Positions 8,580 through 17,950 of a stretch of DNA of 64,000 bases are shown here, one piece after another. The DNA lies in NCBI GenBank assembly GCA_964291235.2, contig OZ219815.1:896001-960000 (forward strand), read 5' to 3'. This stretch comes from Vicinamibacteria bacterium (GTDB lineage Bacteria; Acidobacteriota; Vicinamibacteria; Marinacidobacterales; Marinacidobacteraceae). Position 1 is the stretch's first letter, and every line of letters begins with the position of its first letter. The notes under the pieces are model-generated. The model was not told where the DNA came from, did not search any database, and was given only the letters and a program-made list of their open reading frames with translations. The translations under genes and the position numbers were made by a program.

Positions 8580-8845
8580 AGGTCCACGTCGCGCGGCAAC
8601 GAGCGGTCGCGCGCCAGCTTCAGGTCCGCTCCGGCCAGCGGAGAACGGGCGAGGAACTCCGCTAGTGACGAGGGCGGACGTTTCAGCCGGTCGTAGTCCT
8701 CGGGGGAAAGGAGAACCGCGGCGCGCCGTCCGTGAATCGTGATCGTTTGTGGACCCTGGGTGGAGGCGTCGCGCACCAGCGCACTAAAGCGCGCTTTCGC
8801 TTCCTGGACCTGCCAGACCCGCGGGCGCGTCCTGTATCTGACCAT
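8576..8845 (-). CDS. Phd/YefM family antitoxin
   Basis: WQVQEAKARFSALV...GPQTITIHGRRAAVLLSPEDY; overlaps the toxin start. Confidence 0.88.
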   Translation of the reverse strand: MVRYRTRPRVWQVQEAKARFSALVRDASTQGPQTITIHGRRAAVLLSPEDYDRLKRPPSSLAEFLARSPLAGADLKLARDRSLPRDVDL

Positions 8846-8864
8846 TCTGACCAGAATATCGTAG
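8836..8864 (-). promoter_or_regulatory. Probable TA operator overlapping the antitoxin start
   Basis: Minus strand TACGAT (-10-like) followed by two direct TGGTCAGA repeats; also the palindrome ATTCTG-AC-CAGAAT. Confidence 0.5.
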
Positions 8865-8974
8865 CCAGCCGCGCGCGGTGCGGCAACGCGAATTCCGCCG
8901 GTCTCGCACTGGTCGCGCGGACCAGTCATTCGCTGCGTTTCTAGACTCGGCGGTCCTCGCGGTCGGGAATCACA

Positions 8975-9193
8975 TCAGCTCTCCGATTCGGTGCGGGTTT
9001 TGTCGAGGACTCGCTCCGCCTGGCTGGGGGTCAGTTTGTCGGGCGGCCGACCGAACCATCTCTTGCACAGCGTGATTACGGACTTGTTGAGTTCTTCCTG
9101 TTTCTTCCTACTTAGGCTGTTGTACCAAGCGAGGGTATAGCTGCCACCCGCGATCGCTACGAGTGCAGCAATGGGAACCATTGGAATTACCAC
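8975..9193 (-). CDS. Small hypothetical protein with an N-terminal membrane anchor
   Basis: GGAGGG RBS before GTG 9193; hydrophobic VPIAALVAIAGGSYTLAW followed by a basic helical tail. Confidence 0.6.
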   Translation of the reverse strand: MVIPMVPIAALVAIAGGSYTLAWYNSLSRKKQEELNKSVITLCKRWFGRPPDKLTPSQAERVLDKTRTESES

Positions 9194-9272
9194 GTTACGT
9201 CCCTCCAGAGAGTGCGATTGACTCCACCTTCCGAATAGCCTCCCAAGTCTAGTTGATGACATTCTTGGGCAA

Positions 9273-9540
9273 TCAGGACTCGGCACCCTCAGCGACCGCC
9301 CGCTCAGCCAGAAACCGTGCCAACGGCTCAATGCGCTGCCCGCTGCTAGCTTCGTCCAGCGCGGCCATGTATTCCGCCCGGTGTTCCACCCGGATCACCG
9401 CCTAGGGATAACCACCAGAACACAGCATGAGGTTCATCAGGAAACGTGCGACGCGCCCGTTGCCATCGGGCCATGGATGGATGTAGCCGAGCGCCCAGTG
9501 ACCGAGCGCCGCACGCGCTGCGGGCTCCGGCTCGCTCAGA
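9273..9540 (-). pseudogene. Fic-domain protein C-terminal fragment
   Basis: EPEPAARAALGHWALGYIHPWPDGNGRVARFLMNLMLCSGGYP*AVIRVEHRAEYMAALDEAS: Fic motif present, premature TAG at 9404-9402, no N-terminus. Confidence 0.85.
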
Positions 9541-9709
9541 TCAGCTCCCTCAAGTAGAAGCAGGTGCCGAGAAACTCCGTGAAGAGCGTGACCCCATCAG
9601 CCAGGGTTGCGGGGCCCTCTAAAGATGCACAGTTGCTTGAAAACCTGCACTCCTCGCTTTCCGGGCACCAAACTGCCGTTGAAGACATGTGTGCCTGTTT
9701 GCTTCTAAT

Positions 9710-10885
9710 TCACTCCGGGCATTCGATCCCCGAGCTCTCAATCAGCCTTACCCACTCATCGGTGACTTCCCTCGCGTCCACCATCGCTGTCAGGCCACCG
9801 GAGAGACGCCGAAGCACTGGTCGGAGATCCCTCGACAGGTTTTGCAAGTTGAAGAGAATTCCGACCATGCCCTTCACCGCTTCAAGGCTTTCCGTGACAC
9901 TCGAAGCAAGAGTCCGCACCCTCGCGAAGAACTCGCATAGGGCCTCCCTTTCGCCCTCGCCACCCTCTCGAGCCTCCCTTGTTCCTCCGTCGATCAAAGT
10001 CCGAATGCCATCATCCACTACGTGGAGTTGCGACGCAAATTCGTGGCCGTGCCCAAAAATCCTATTCGCGGGTTCTTCAAGCTGTTGGGCCAGCTGACGA
10101 GCTACCTGCTTTCTGTAAACGAAATCCGCTGGACCGGCGGGTCGATTCGTGATCTTGTTTGTTGCGTCTCGCATTGCTTGACCGACTTCTTCTATGCACC
10201 CGGCGATGGACTCGCTCGTGTCCTTCCACTTAGGCATAGTTTCTTCGAGCCTAGCCAGGCGATCGATCAGTCCGAATGGCTCCTTCTCCGAACTGTCCCC
10301 ATCCTCCGCCAGAGGTGTTTCCATTCGTCGCGTCTCGTCTACCTGCTTGTTTTCTGAAATCAACCGTTTGGCAACCTCGTCTACAGCCCGGCGATACTCC
10401 TCCGTTTCAACCTCTTTGAACCGCCGTTCCCTCCAGTCCATATATTGGAATCGTCGCACCGATTCAAGCAGATCATCGTTGGGGGCAGCATCACTAAGAG
10501 ACGGCACATCAACGTAGTAGAGAGGCAGTATCAGTCCCCGTAATCCGGTTTCTTCCGCCTGCTGAGCAAAAGAGCGGAACTCTCGCCGACACTCGTCACT
10601 TAGCAGATAGCGCGGGGTAATCACAGCGATGAAGAAGGCCGCTGACTCCAGGAACTCATCAACCTTCTGCTTCCAATCATCACCCCACACAAGAGAAGTC
10701 TGGTCGAAGAACAACTGGATCTTCTCTCCGGTCAACATCTCATACTGAGCGACTACGTCTTCTGCCAGTACCCGTATGCGCCCGCGATCGGCGCGGTCAT
10801 CCGCGCGGACATAGGACCAGAATCCCCGTATTGGGCCCGAGTACGGCGTCCGATCTGGGGCGTTACGCCGCTTGCGCCGGGCCAT
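9710..10885 (-). CDS. TIR-domain protein with a C-terminal helical/coiled-coil domain
   Basis: GFWSYVRAD...FFDQTSLVWGDDW...FFIAVITPRYLLSDECRREF...ILPLYY; region is AT-richer than its flanks. Confidence 0.85.
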   Translation of the reverse strand: MARRKRRNAPDRTPYSGPIRGFWSYVRADDRADRGRIRVLAEDVVAQYEMLTGEKIQLFFDQTSLVWGDDWKQKVDEFLESAAFFIAVITPRYLLSDECRREFRSFAQQAEETGLRGLILPLYYVDVPSLSDAAPNDDLLESVRRFQYMDWRERRFKEVETEEYRRAVDEVAKRLISENKQVDETRRMETPLAEDGDSSEKEPFGLIDRLARLEETMPKWKDTSESIAGCIEEVGQAMRDATNKITNRPAGPADFVYRKQVARQLAQQLEEPANRIFGHGHEFASQLHVVDDGIRTLIDGGTREAREGGEGEREALCEFFARVRTLASSVTESLEAVKGMVGILFNLQNLSRDLRPVLRRLSGGLTAMVDAREVTDEWVRLIESSGIECPE

Positions 10886-11020
10886 TCAGCAACTTACTCC
10901 CGAGGACGCCGAGATGGAACGAATTCGCATGTCAAGAGGCAGGGATTGGACCTTGCGTCACCATATTCGGCACCAACGGCTTGTCGATGCGTAGCCCGGT
11001 TCTCTTGTATCTCTGTAGCA

Positions 11021-13213
11021 TTAGTCGCGCTCACGATTCCCGGCCATCGCTTCGAGCGCAGCCCGGGCCACGATGTCCCGGGGGGAAGCCATCGCGGCGG
11101 CTTCCTCGAGGACGGCGGCGGCCGCATCGCCACCGATCTCGCCGAGCGCGGTGACCGCGGCGGCCTGCGCCCGGTAGCTGGAGTCGCCGTGGAACCGCTC
11201 GGTCAGGAACTCGGCTCCCGCCGAGGCGCCCAACCGGGCGATCGCTGAAGTCCGCACGTCGGATTTCGCGTCCTCCATCGCGGCGGTCCGCAGGACCTCC
11301 GCATCCTCCGCGTCTCCCGGGTCGAGTCCGGCGACCGCCGCCTGGCGCACCGACCAGAAGGCGTCGCCCGCGAGCGCCCGACGAAGCGCCGCGCGGGCCT
11401 GGTCGCCGCCCATCTCGCCGAGCGCGACCGCCGCGCGCCGGCGTCCGGCGGCGTCGTCATCCGCGAGTTGCGCCATCCACTCCGCTTCCGATTTGTCGAT
11501 CCGAAGCACGGCGAGCAGCACATCGTCCGCGTCGAAGCGGACGTAGCGCGGTTCCTCGGCGGCCGGGAAGCTGAGGTGCTGCTCCCGGCCTTCCAACGTG
11601 AACGGATGGACCTCGGAATCCGACGCGGTCACCACCCGGACCGAGAGCGGGGCGCGGTACGCCTCCGGCACCGTGCCCATGCTGGCCTCCGGCCCCTGGA
11701 CCTGGCGGATATGCATCTCGACGGAATCCCCATCCCACTCCGAGGCGATCTCCAGCACCGGGTGGCCCGGACGGCGCAGCCACATGTCGATGAACCAGCG
11801 GATGTCCTGATCCACGGCCTCGGCGAAGGCGACGATGAAGTCCTCGGTGTCCACCGGCTGGAAGGAGTGCTTCTCCAGGAAGTGCTTGATGCCGGCCCGG
11901 AACTCCGCGTCGCCGGTTATGTGGCGGAGCAGCCGAATGAGCGCCGCGCCCTTCGGATAGGTGTGCGAATCGAAGTTGTCGTTCGGGCGGCGCCACTGAT
12001 TGGTGATGACCGGGCGGAGCACGGTCTGAGCCTGGCGGAGATAGGACTCGCGCTTCCGGCGCATGTTCTCGCCAGCTTCGTCGGGGCCCAGTTCGTAGGC
12101 GTGCCAGCGGTATTCGGAATAGGTCCCGAAGCTCTCGGTGAGCCACGTCTCGCCCCAGTCCCGGTAGGTGGTGAGGTCGCCCCACCAGTGGTGCGCGACC
12201 TCGTGGGCCACCAGGCCGTGGCTCGGAAAGTCCTGCTCGGCGCGCTCGTCGTGGATCGTGCTCTGCCCGAGCACCGTGGCGGTGGTGCTCTCGGCGCCGC
12301 CGCCGATTCCCGGGATCGTGATCTGGTCGTACTTGTTCCAGGGGTAGGGGACGCCGAACTCCTCGTCGAAGAAGGCCATCATCGCCGTCGTCTTGTGGAA
12401 GCTGCGGTGGGCGTCCTCGACGTCCTTCGGATAGACCCAGTAGTTCACCGGAATTTCGCCGTGGAAGTCCTCGATGACTTCATAGGGTCCGGCGACCAGC
12501 ACCGAGAGGTAGGTCGGATGGGGCTCGTCGAGCCGCCAGTGATGCGTCCTGGTCCCCGGGCGGGCTCCCTCGGTGATGCCGAGGAGCCGGCCGTTCGAGA
12601 GCACCTTCCAGTCCTCCCGCACGGTGGCGAGGAGCTCGAAGGTGGTCCGGTCCGCCGGGTGATCCACGGACGGGTACCAGTGGCGCGCGCCCTCGGGGAA
12701 CGAGAGGGTGTTGATGAGCTGGGGGTTGGCGTCGGTTTCGTCCTTGAAGTCGAGGCCGAGGTCGTAACTGGCCGGCATTCCGTACTGCGTCGCGTCCACG
12801 TCGATGCCGGACCCGCCGTAGTCGATGCTGAGTGTCAGCGTCTCGCCCGCCGCGAGCGGTTCAGCCAGGGTGATGGCCAGCGTTCCGCCCTCGTGGACGA
12901 AGTCGAGTTCGTCGTCGCCGGCGCGCACGGCGCGGACCTCGTAGGTCGCCGCGTCAAGGCCGATCTCGGTGATGTCCTCCTCGGCCTGGAGCCGGACATC
13001 CACGGTCCCGTCCATGCTCTTGGTGGTCTCGTCCAGGTCGAGCGCGACCCGGTAGTGGAGCACGTCGAACGGCTCGTCGCGCTGCTCCCGCACCGGCCAG
13101 TCGGAGCGGTCCTCGTAGGGGGATTCGGTCGCGGGTGGCTCGCCGCTGCCGCCGCCGCAGGCGATCAGGAAGAGCGACGCGACAGAGAGTCCGTGGGACC
13201 ACCGCGACAACAT
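11021..13213 (-). CDS. M1 family aminopeptidase lipoprotein with C-terminal HEAT repeats
   Basis: Lipobox LIAC, GGAES exopeptidase motif, HEVAH...E zinc motif, YPKG, HEAT repeats; start uncertain (up to 13303). Confidence 0.9.
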   Translation of the reverse strand: MLSRWSHGLSVASLFLIACGGGSGEPPATESPYEDRSDWPVREQRDEPFDVLHYRVALDLDETTKSMDGTVDVRLQAEEDITEIGLDAATYEVRAVRAGDDELDFVHEGGTLAITLAEPLAAGETLTLSIDYGGSGIDVDATQYGMPASYDLGLDFKDETDANPQLINTLSFPEGARHWYPSVDHPADRTTFELLATVREDWKVLSNGRLLGITEGARPGTRTHHWRLDEPHPTYLSVLVAGPYEVIEDFHGEIPVNYWVYPKDVEDAHRSFHKTTAMMAFFDEEFGVPYPWNKYDQITIPGIGGGAESTTATVLGQSTIHDERAEQDFPSHGLVAHEVAHHWWGDLTTYRDWGETWLTESFGTYSEYRWHAYELGPDEAGENMRRKRESYLRQAQTVLRPVITNQWRRPNDNFDSHTYPKGAALIRLLRHITGDAEFRAGIKHFLEKHSFQPVDTEDFIVAFAEAVDQDIRWFIDMWLRRPGHPVLEIASEWDGDSVEMHIRQVQGPEASMGTVPEAYRAPLSVRVVTASDSEVHPFTLEGREQHLSFPAAEEPRYVRFDADDVLLAVLRIDKSEAEWMAQLADDDAAGRRRAAVALGEMGGDQARAALRRALAGDAFWSVRQAAVAGLDPGDAEDAEVLRTAAMEDAKSDVRTSAIARLGASAGAEFLTERFHGDSSYRAQAAAVTALGEIGGDAAAAVLEEAAAMASPRDIVARAALEAMAGNRERD

Positions 13214-13372
13214 GGCGGCGGGAAACAAGCGAGTACCGATCAAGCGGAACATCGTACCCGGCGGTTTGCCGGACGAGCTCGACACGTTGGCGCGGATATC
13301 CATCTAGACGTCTACAGAATGTAATGTATCTCCACCATGGGATATCATCGCGGGAAGGAAGCGCACACCGTC

Positions 13373-13582
13373 ATGAGGAAGACCAGCGTGGAGATCGACG
13401 ATCGCCTGATCGCTCAGGCGAGGCGCCTTCTGGGGACCTCGTCAATCAAGGACACGATTGACGGCGCGCTGCGCGAGCTCCTAAGGAGAGAAGCGCAGCG
13501 CGAGGAGATCCGGGCGCTCACCAGAATGGACGGCCTCGACCTCGCGGACGAAAGCGTCATGGCGAAGGCGTGGCGCCGCTGA
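13373..13582 (+). CDS. vapB: VapB family antitoxin
   Basis: MRKTSVEIDDRLIAQARRLLG...DTIDGALRE ribbon-helix-helix pattern upstream of a PIN gene. Confidence 0.85.
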   Translation: MRKTSVEIDDRLIAQARRLLGTSSIKDTIDGALRELLRREAQREEIRALTRMDGLDLADESVMAKAWRR

Positions 13583-13598
13583 GCTTCCGTCTGGTCCG

Positions 13599-14006
13599 GT
13601 GCCCTACCTGCTCGACAAGAGCGCGCTGGCGCGCATGCCCCACCCCGCGGTGCGAGCCCGTCTCGAGCCCATCATCGAGGCTGGAGAGGCCGCCACGTGC
13701 GCGATCCTGGAGCTCGAGGTGCTCTACTCAACCCGGAACCAGACCGAACACGCGCAGGTGCGGACGCGGCGCAAACTGGCGTACCGGCGCGTCGAGCTGA
13801 CCGAAGCGATCTTCGAGCGGGCGATCTCCGTTCAGGGACTCCTCGCCGGACGCGGCCGTCACCGGCTACCGATACCCGATCTGATCATCGCGGCCGCGGC
13901 GGAATCGGCGGGCCTGACTGTGCTCCACTACGACACGGACTTCGATGCCATTGCGGCGGTCACCGGCCAGACGACGGAGTGGGTCGCGCCTCGCGGCTCG
14001 CTTTGA
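13599..14006 (+). CDS. vapC: PIN domain toxin (VapC family)
   Basis: YLLDKSA, DLIIAAAAE and VLHYDTDFD motifs. Confidence 0.9.
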   Translation: MPYLLDKSALARMPHPAVRARLEPIIEAGEAATCAILELEVLYSTRNQTEHAQVRTRRKLAYRRVELTEAIFERAISVQGLLAGRGRHRLPIPDLIIAAAAESAGLTVLHYDTDFDAIAAVTGQTTEWVAPRGSL

Positions 14007-14063
14007 TCGGGCCAGGGCGCTGCGGCGCCGCTTCCGGCGGCGACGCCCGCGCGGTCCGGCTCG

Positions 14064-16049
14064 TTACCTGCCGAGGTTGACGTCCACGCCGATGTGGACC
14101 GCGCGGGGGGTACCGAGGGTCTCGATCGGTGTGCGAGCCGAGATGATCTCGGCGTCAAGCAGGTTCTCTCCGGCGAGGAAGACGCCCCACTGGTCGTTCA
14201 CCGGATAGGCGACCCGCACGCCGAGGGAGGCGAAGCCCGCCATCGGCAGTTCGTTCCGGTCGTCCTCGAACTGGTCGCTCATGAACCGCAGATCGGCGCG
14301 GACCACCGCAGGACCCCGCCAGGTGACGCCCACCACTCCCTGATGCAGGGGAACCTGGGGGATGCGGAGCCCGGTCTCTTCCACCGACGTCGCCGAGTAC
14401 AGGTACGACGCGAAGACCTCGAGCTGGTCGCTTGCGTACGCGTACGCCTCGGCCTCGAAACCCCGCGCGGTGGAGCGGCCGATGTTCTGGCGCTGGCGAA
14501 AGACTCCCTCGTCGTTCACCTCGAGGGTGATGTTCCCGACCGTGTCACGAAGCGAGTTCCAGTAGGCGTTCCCGCGGATCAACAACATGTCCGTCGGATA
14601 GAAGTCCAATCCGGCTTCCACCCCGTAGAGCGACTCCTCGCCAAGCTGGTCGTTCGCGGCCACCCGGACGTTTCCCACCCGGAACGGCCGGTAGAGCTCA
14701 TTCAGCGAGGGGGCCCGGAAGCCGCGGTAGGCGGAGGCGCGCAGCGCCGCGCTGCGAACCACCCGGTAGTTGATCCCGATACGGGGATTGAGGCTCGCCT
14801 TGGTCCCCGCGTTCTGCCAGAGATCGACCCGGCCGTCGGCGAGCAGCTCCAGATCCGGGGTGAGGTCCAGGCTCTTTTGCACGAAACCGCCGAGCCGGTT
14901 CTGGGCGTGGTCGCCCCACGAGGTCCGCACCCAGTCGCCGCCCGCCTGCAGGCCCTCGCCGAGCCGGGCCGTGAAGACGCCCCCGACCCCGGAGTACTCG
15001 TACATCTGCTGGGACGTGGGGATTTCGCGGTCGCGGCCGGGGAGGATGCGCGAGAAATCACTGTTCAGGCGCGAGTCCTGGCCGAACATCCGCAGATCCC
15101 AGTTCTCCTGGGTGACGCCGCCCTCCAGCATCACCAGCCGCGAGCTGTTGATCTGGGTGGGCGTTCCGTTCCGGCGGTCTTCTTCGTAGTAGTTGACCGA
15201 GAAGTGGACCGGTCCGGAGGAGGCGCGGCCGACCATGGTGCGGAAGTCCACCCCGGCCGGCTGGTCCACCGACCCGCGCTCCGCCTCCCGGATCCGGTGG
15301 TAGCCCTCGCTGTTCAGCATCCGAGCCGCCCCCACGACGGAAATGCCGCCCACCTCGTCGGACCCGAACACCTCCGCGTCCTGAATCCCGAAGTTCCCGA
15401 GGCGGCCCCGGAAGCGAAGCTGGCCCGGCTCGGCGCGGCGCGACAGGAGCTGCACCGTCCCCCCGAGGGCGGAGCTTCCGTAGAGCGGACTCGCCGCGCC
15501 GCGCGCCACCTCGACGCGGTCGAGAAAGAGGGTCGGCAGGCGGTTCCAGTACACCCAGTTTCCGAACGGGTCGTTCAGCGGCACCCCATCCCACAGCACC
15601 AGGGTCCGGCTGGCGCCGCTCGGGCCGATCCCGCGCAGCGAGACACCCGTCGTGGTGGGGTGGGAAATGAAGCTGGTGTTCCGGCGGAAGAGCCCGAAGC
15701 CCGGCACCCGACTCAGCGCCTCGTCCACGAGGGCGCCCGGCGAGTCCGCGAGGTCCTCGCTGTCGAGCACGGTCACCAGGGCGACGGACTCCACGATGGT
15801 CTCCGCGCCGCGGCTCGCGGTCACCACGACGGTTTCGGCGTGGGTCGGGCGCTCGGCCTCCTGTTCGTCCTCGGCCTGTTCGTCTTCGATTTGCCGGGCT
15901 TCGCGGACGGAATCCGCGTCTTCGGGGTCATCCGGCGGAGGCTCCGCGGCCAGCGCGGGCGCGACGATGAAAAGACCCAGGCAGAACGCGATCAGGGGAA
16001 CTCGCCAGCCGGGAGGGCAAAGAAGGGGAGCAGCTTCGGTGCGATCCAT
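14064..16049 (-). CDS. TonB-dependent outer-membrane receptor
   Basis: TonB box ETVVVTASR, plug SLRGIG...RVEVARGAASPLYGSSALGG, barrel RGFRAPSLNELY and ENLLD. Confidence 0.9.
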   Translation of the reverse strand: MDRTEAAPLLCPPGWRVPLIAFCLGLFIVAPALAAEPPPDDPEDADSVREARQIEDEQAEDEQEAERPTHAETVVVTASRGAETIVESVALVTVLDSEDLADSPGALVDEALSRVPGFGLFRRNTSFISHPTTTGVSLRGIGPSGASRTLVLWDGVPLNDPFGNWVYWNRLPTLFLDRVEVARGAASPLYGSSALGGTVQLLSRRAEPGQLRFRGRLGNFGIQDAEVFGSDEVGGISVVGAARMLNSEGYHRIREAERGSVDQPAGVDFRTMVGRASSGPVHFSVNYYEEDRRNGTPTQINSSRLVMLEGGVTQENWDLRMFGQDSRLNSDFSRILPGRDREIPTSQQMYEYSGVGGVFTARLGEGLQAGGDWVRTSWGDHAQNRLGGFVQKSLDLTPDLELLADGRVDLWQNAGTKASLNPRIGINYRVVRSAALRASAYRGFRAPSLNELYRPFRVGNVRVAANDQLGEESLYGVEAGLDFYPTDMLLIRGNAYWNSLRDTVGNITLEVNDEGVFRQRQNIGRSTARGFEAEAYAYASDQLEVFASYLYSATSVEETGLRIPQVPLHQGVVGVTWRGPAVVRADLRFMSDQFEDDRNELPMAGFASLGVRVAYPVNDQWGVFLAGENLLDAEIISARTPIETLGTPRAVHIGVDVNLGR

Positions 16050-16109
16050 AGACAACCGGCGATGATAGCGGGCGCCGGGAGCTTCGGCGGGGTGACGATA
16101 CTCCCCGCC

Positions 16110-16952
16110 ATGCATCGCCTGCTCCTCGCCCCGCTTCTCCTCCTGACCGCGGCGCCGGCCGCCGCCCAACCGGAGGAATGGTCGCGGCCGTTCCCCGCGC
16201 ACCGGGTGATCGGCAACCTCTACTCGGTGGGAACCTACGATCTGGGGTGTTTTCTCATTGCGACGGAGGAAGGACACCTGCTCATCAACACCGGCCTCGC
16301 CGATTCGACCGCCCTCATTCGGGAGAACATCGAGTCCCTCGGCTTCCGGTTTGACGATATCCGCATCCTGCTCACCATGCAGGCCCACTACGACCACGTC
16401 GCCGCGTTCGCCGAGATCAAGGAGGCCACCGGCGCCCGGATGTGGGCGACCGCGGCGGACGCCCCGCTCCTCCGGGACGGCGGGGCCAGCGATCCCCATT
16501 TCAAGGGTGAGTACCCCTTCGCTCCGGTCGCGGTGGACCGCGTCCTCCGGGACAACGAGGTGATCGCGTTGGGCGGGGTTCGGCTGACGGTGGTCGAAAC
16601 GCCCGGGCACACCCCCGGGAGCGCCACCTACCTGATGACCGTCCGCGAGAACGGGCGCGACTACCGCGTCGCCATCGCCAACATGGGTTCCATGAACCCC
16701 GGGCTGCGACTCACGAAGGACCCGACGTACCCTGGGATTGCGGACGACTTCGCCAGGACCTTCCGGCGGCAGAAGCAGATGGAAGTGGACGTGTGGGTCG
16801 CGGCGCACGCTTCCCAGACCGGCCTCCACGACAAATACCGCCCGGGGGACCCCTATGACCCCGACACCTTCCGGGACCCCGAGGGCTTCCGGGAGCTTGT
16901 CGCGCACTACCAGGCGCTCTTCGAGAAACAGCTCGCCGCGGAGCGGCGGTGA
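16110..16952 (+). CDS. Subclass B3 metallo-beta-lactamase-like protein (Q116 variant)
   Basis: Signal peptide, PFPAHRVIGNLYSVGT, QAHYDH in place of HxHxDH, TPGHTPG, VWVAAH. Confidence 0.85.
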   Translation: MHRLLLAPLLLLTAAPAAAQPEEWSRPFPAHRVIGNLYSVGTYDLGCFLIATEEGHLLINTGLADSTALIRENIESLGFRFDDIRILLTMQAHYDHVAAFAEIKEATGARMWATAADAPLLRDGGASDPHFKGEYPFAPVAVDRVLRDNEVIALGGVRLTVVETPGHTPGSATYLMTVRENGRDYRVAIANMGSMNPGLRLTKDPTYPGIADDFARTFRRQKQMEVDVWVAAHASQTGLHDKYRPGDPYDPDTFRDPEGFRELVAHYQALFEKQLAAERR

Positions 16953-16962
16953 CGGGGGCGGA

Positions 16963-17721
16963 TTGACTGCGGACCCTGCGGTCGAAGCCGCGCGGCGGCT
17001 CGTCGGCGGCGCCTCGCGCATCGTCGGCTTCACCGGCGCCGGCATCTCGACCGAGTCGGGCGTCCCCGACTTCCGCAGTCCCGAGGGAGTCTGGGCCCGG
17101 AACCGGATCGTGGACTTCCAGGAGTTCGTCTCCAGCGAGGCGGGGCGCGTCGAGTACTGGCGCCAGAAAGCCGCCGCCTGGCCCGCGATGCGCGACGCGC
17201 AGCCGAACGCGGGTCACCACGCCTTTTTCGAACTTCATCGCCAGGGCCGGCTCGACGCGCTGGTCACGCAGAACATCGAGCGCCTTCACCAGCGATCGGG
17301 GCTCCCGGCCGACAAGGTCTTCGAGCTGCATGGGACCACGACCGAGGCGGCCTGCCTGACCTGCGACGACCGGATCTCCTCCGACGAGGCGTGCCGCCGC
17401 ATCGAGAACGGCGAAAAGGCGCCGCGCTGCCGGCAGTGCGGGGGGTTCCTGAAGCCCGCGACGATCTCCTTCGGGCAGGCGATGCCGCAGGATGTCGTGG
17501 AACGGGCGGTGGCGGCGGCCGAGGCGTGCGACCTGATGCTCGCGGTCGGCTCCTCGCTCGTGGTCGAGCCCGCCGCCTCGATCCCCCGCGTCGCCCGCTA
17601 CGCCGGAGCGCGGCTGATCATCGTGAATCGGGATCCGACGCCGCTCGATCGCTTCGCGGATGCGGTGGTGCGCGGCGAAATCGGCGCGGTGCTGCCGGAG
17701 CTGGTGCGCGGGATCGGGTAG
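16963..17721 (+). CDS. cobB: Sir2/CobB NAD-dependent protein deacylase
   Basis: FTGAGISTESGVPDFRS, TQNIE, ELHG, two CxxC pairs, GSSLVVEPAA; TTG start inferred. Confidence 0.88.
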   Translation: MTADPAVEAARRLVGGASRIVGFTGAGISTESGVPDFRSPEGVWARNRIVDFQEFVSSEAGRVEYWRQKAAAWPAMRDAQPNAGHHAFFELHRQGRLDALVTQNIERLHQRSGLPADKVFELHGTTTEAACLTCDDRISSDEACRRIENGEKAPRCRQCGGFLKPATISFGQAMPQDVVERAVAAAEACDLMLAVGSSLVVEPAASIPRVARYAGARLIIVNRDPTPLDRFADAVVRGEIGAVLPELVRGIG

Positions 17722-17750
17722 CTGGCGCGACCGAGGCTGCTGAGGTCCAC

Positions 17751-17922
17751 GCCGAGAGGGGAACCATCCTGACGCTGGGGGTTCCATCCCGCCGCCCGCC
17801 TGCGGCGGGCTGTGCCGATCTGGAGATCGGCGGTCCATTGCGGTCCCGGCCGGGCGTGCTGGTGGGGGGCGTCCCGCCGCCCGCCTGCGGCGGGCTGTGC
17901 CGGCCTGGAGGCCGGCGTTCCC
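17751..17922 (-). repeat. Two REP-like copies (17785-17836 variant; 17870-17922) between convergent genes
   Basis: Reverse complements of the copy A core; the variant has the stem GCCGATCT-GG-AGATCGGC. Confidence 0.85.
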
Positions 17923-17950
17923 AGCCAAGGCGCCATCCGAGCCAGCGGGG

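Noticed and set aside
10932-11021. 29-codon ORF (MLQRYKRTGLRIDKP...) overlapping the aminopeptidase stop upstream of the TIR gene
   Set aside because: Too short, no RBS or recognisable motif; cannot be supported from sequence alone.
16963-17721. Sir2 as the Thoeris ThsA partner of the TIR protein
   Set aside because: It is a Zn-binding CobB-type deacylase with no SLOG/macro domain and lies about 6 kb from the TIR gene in a different operon.
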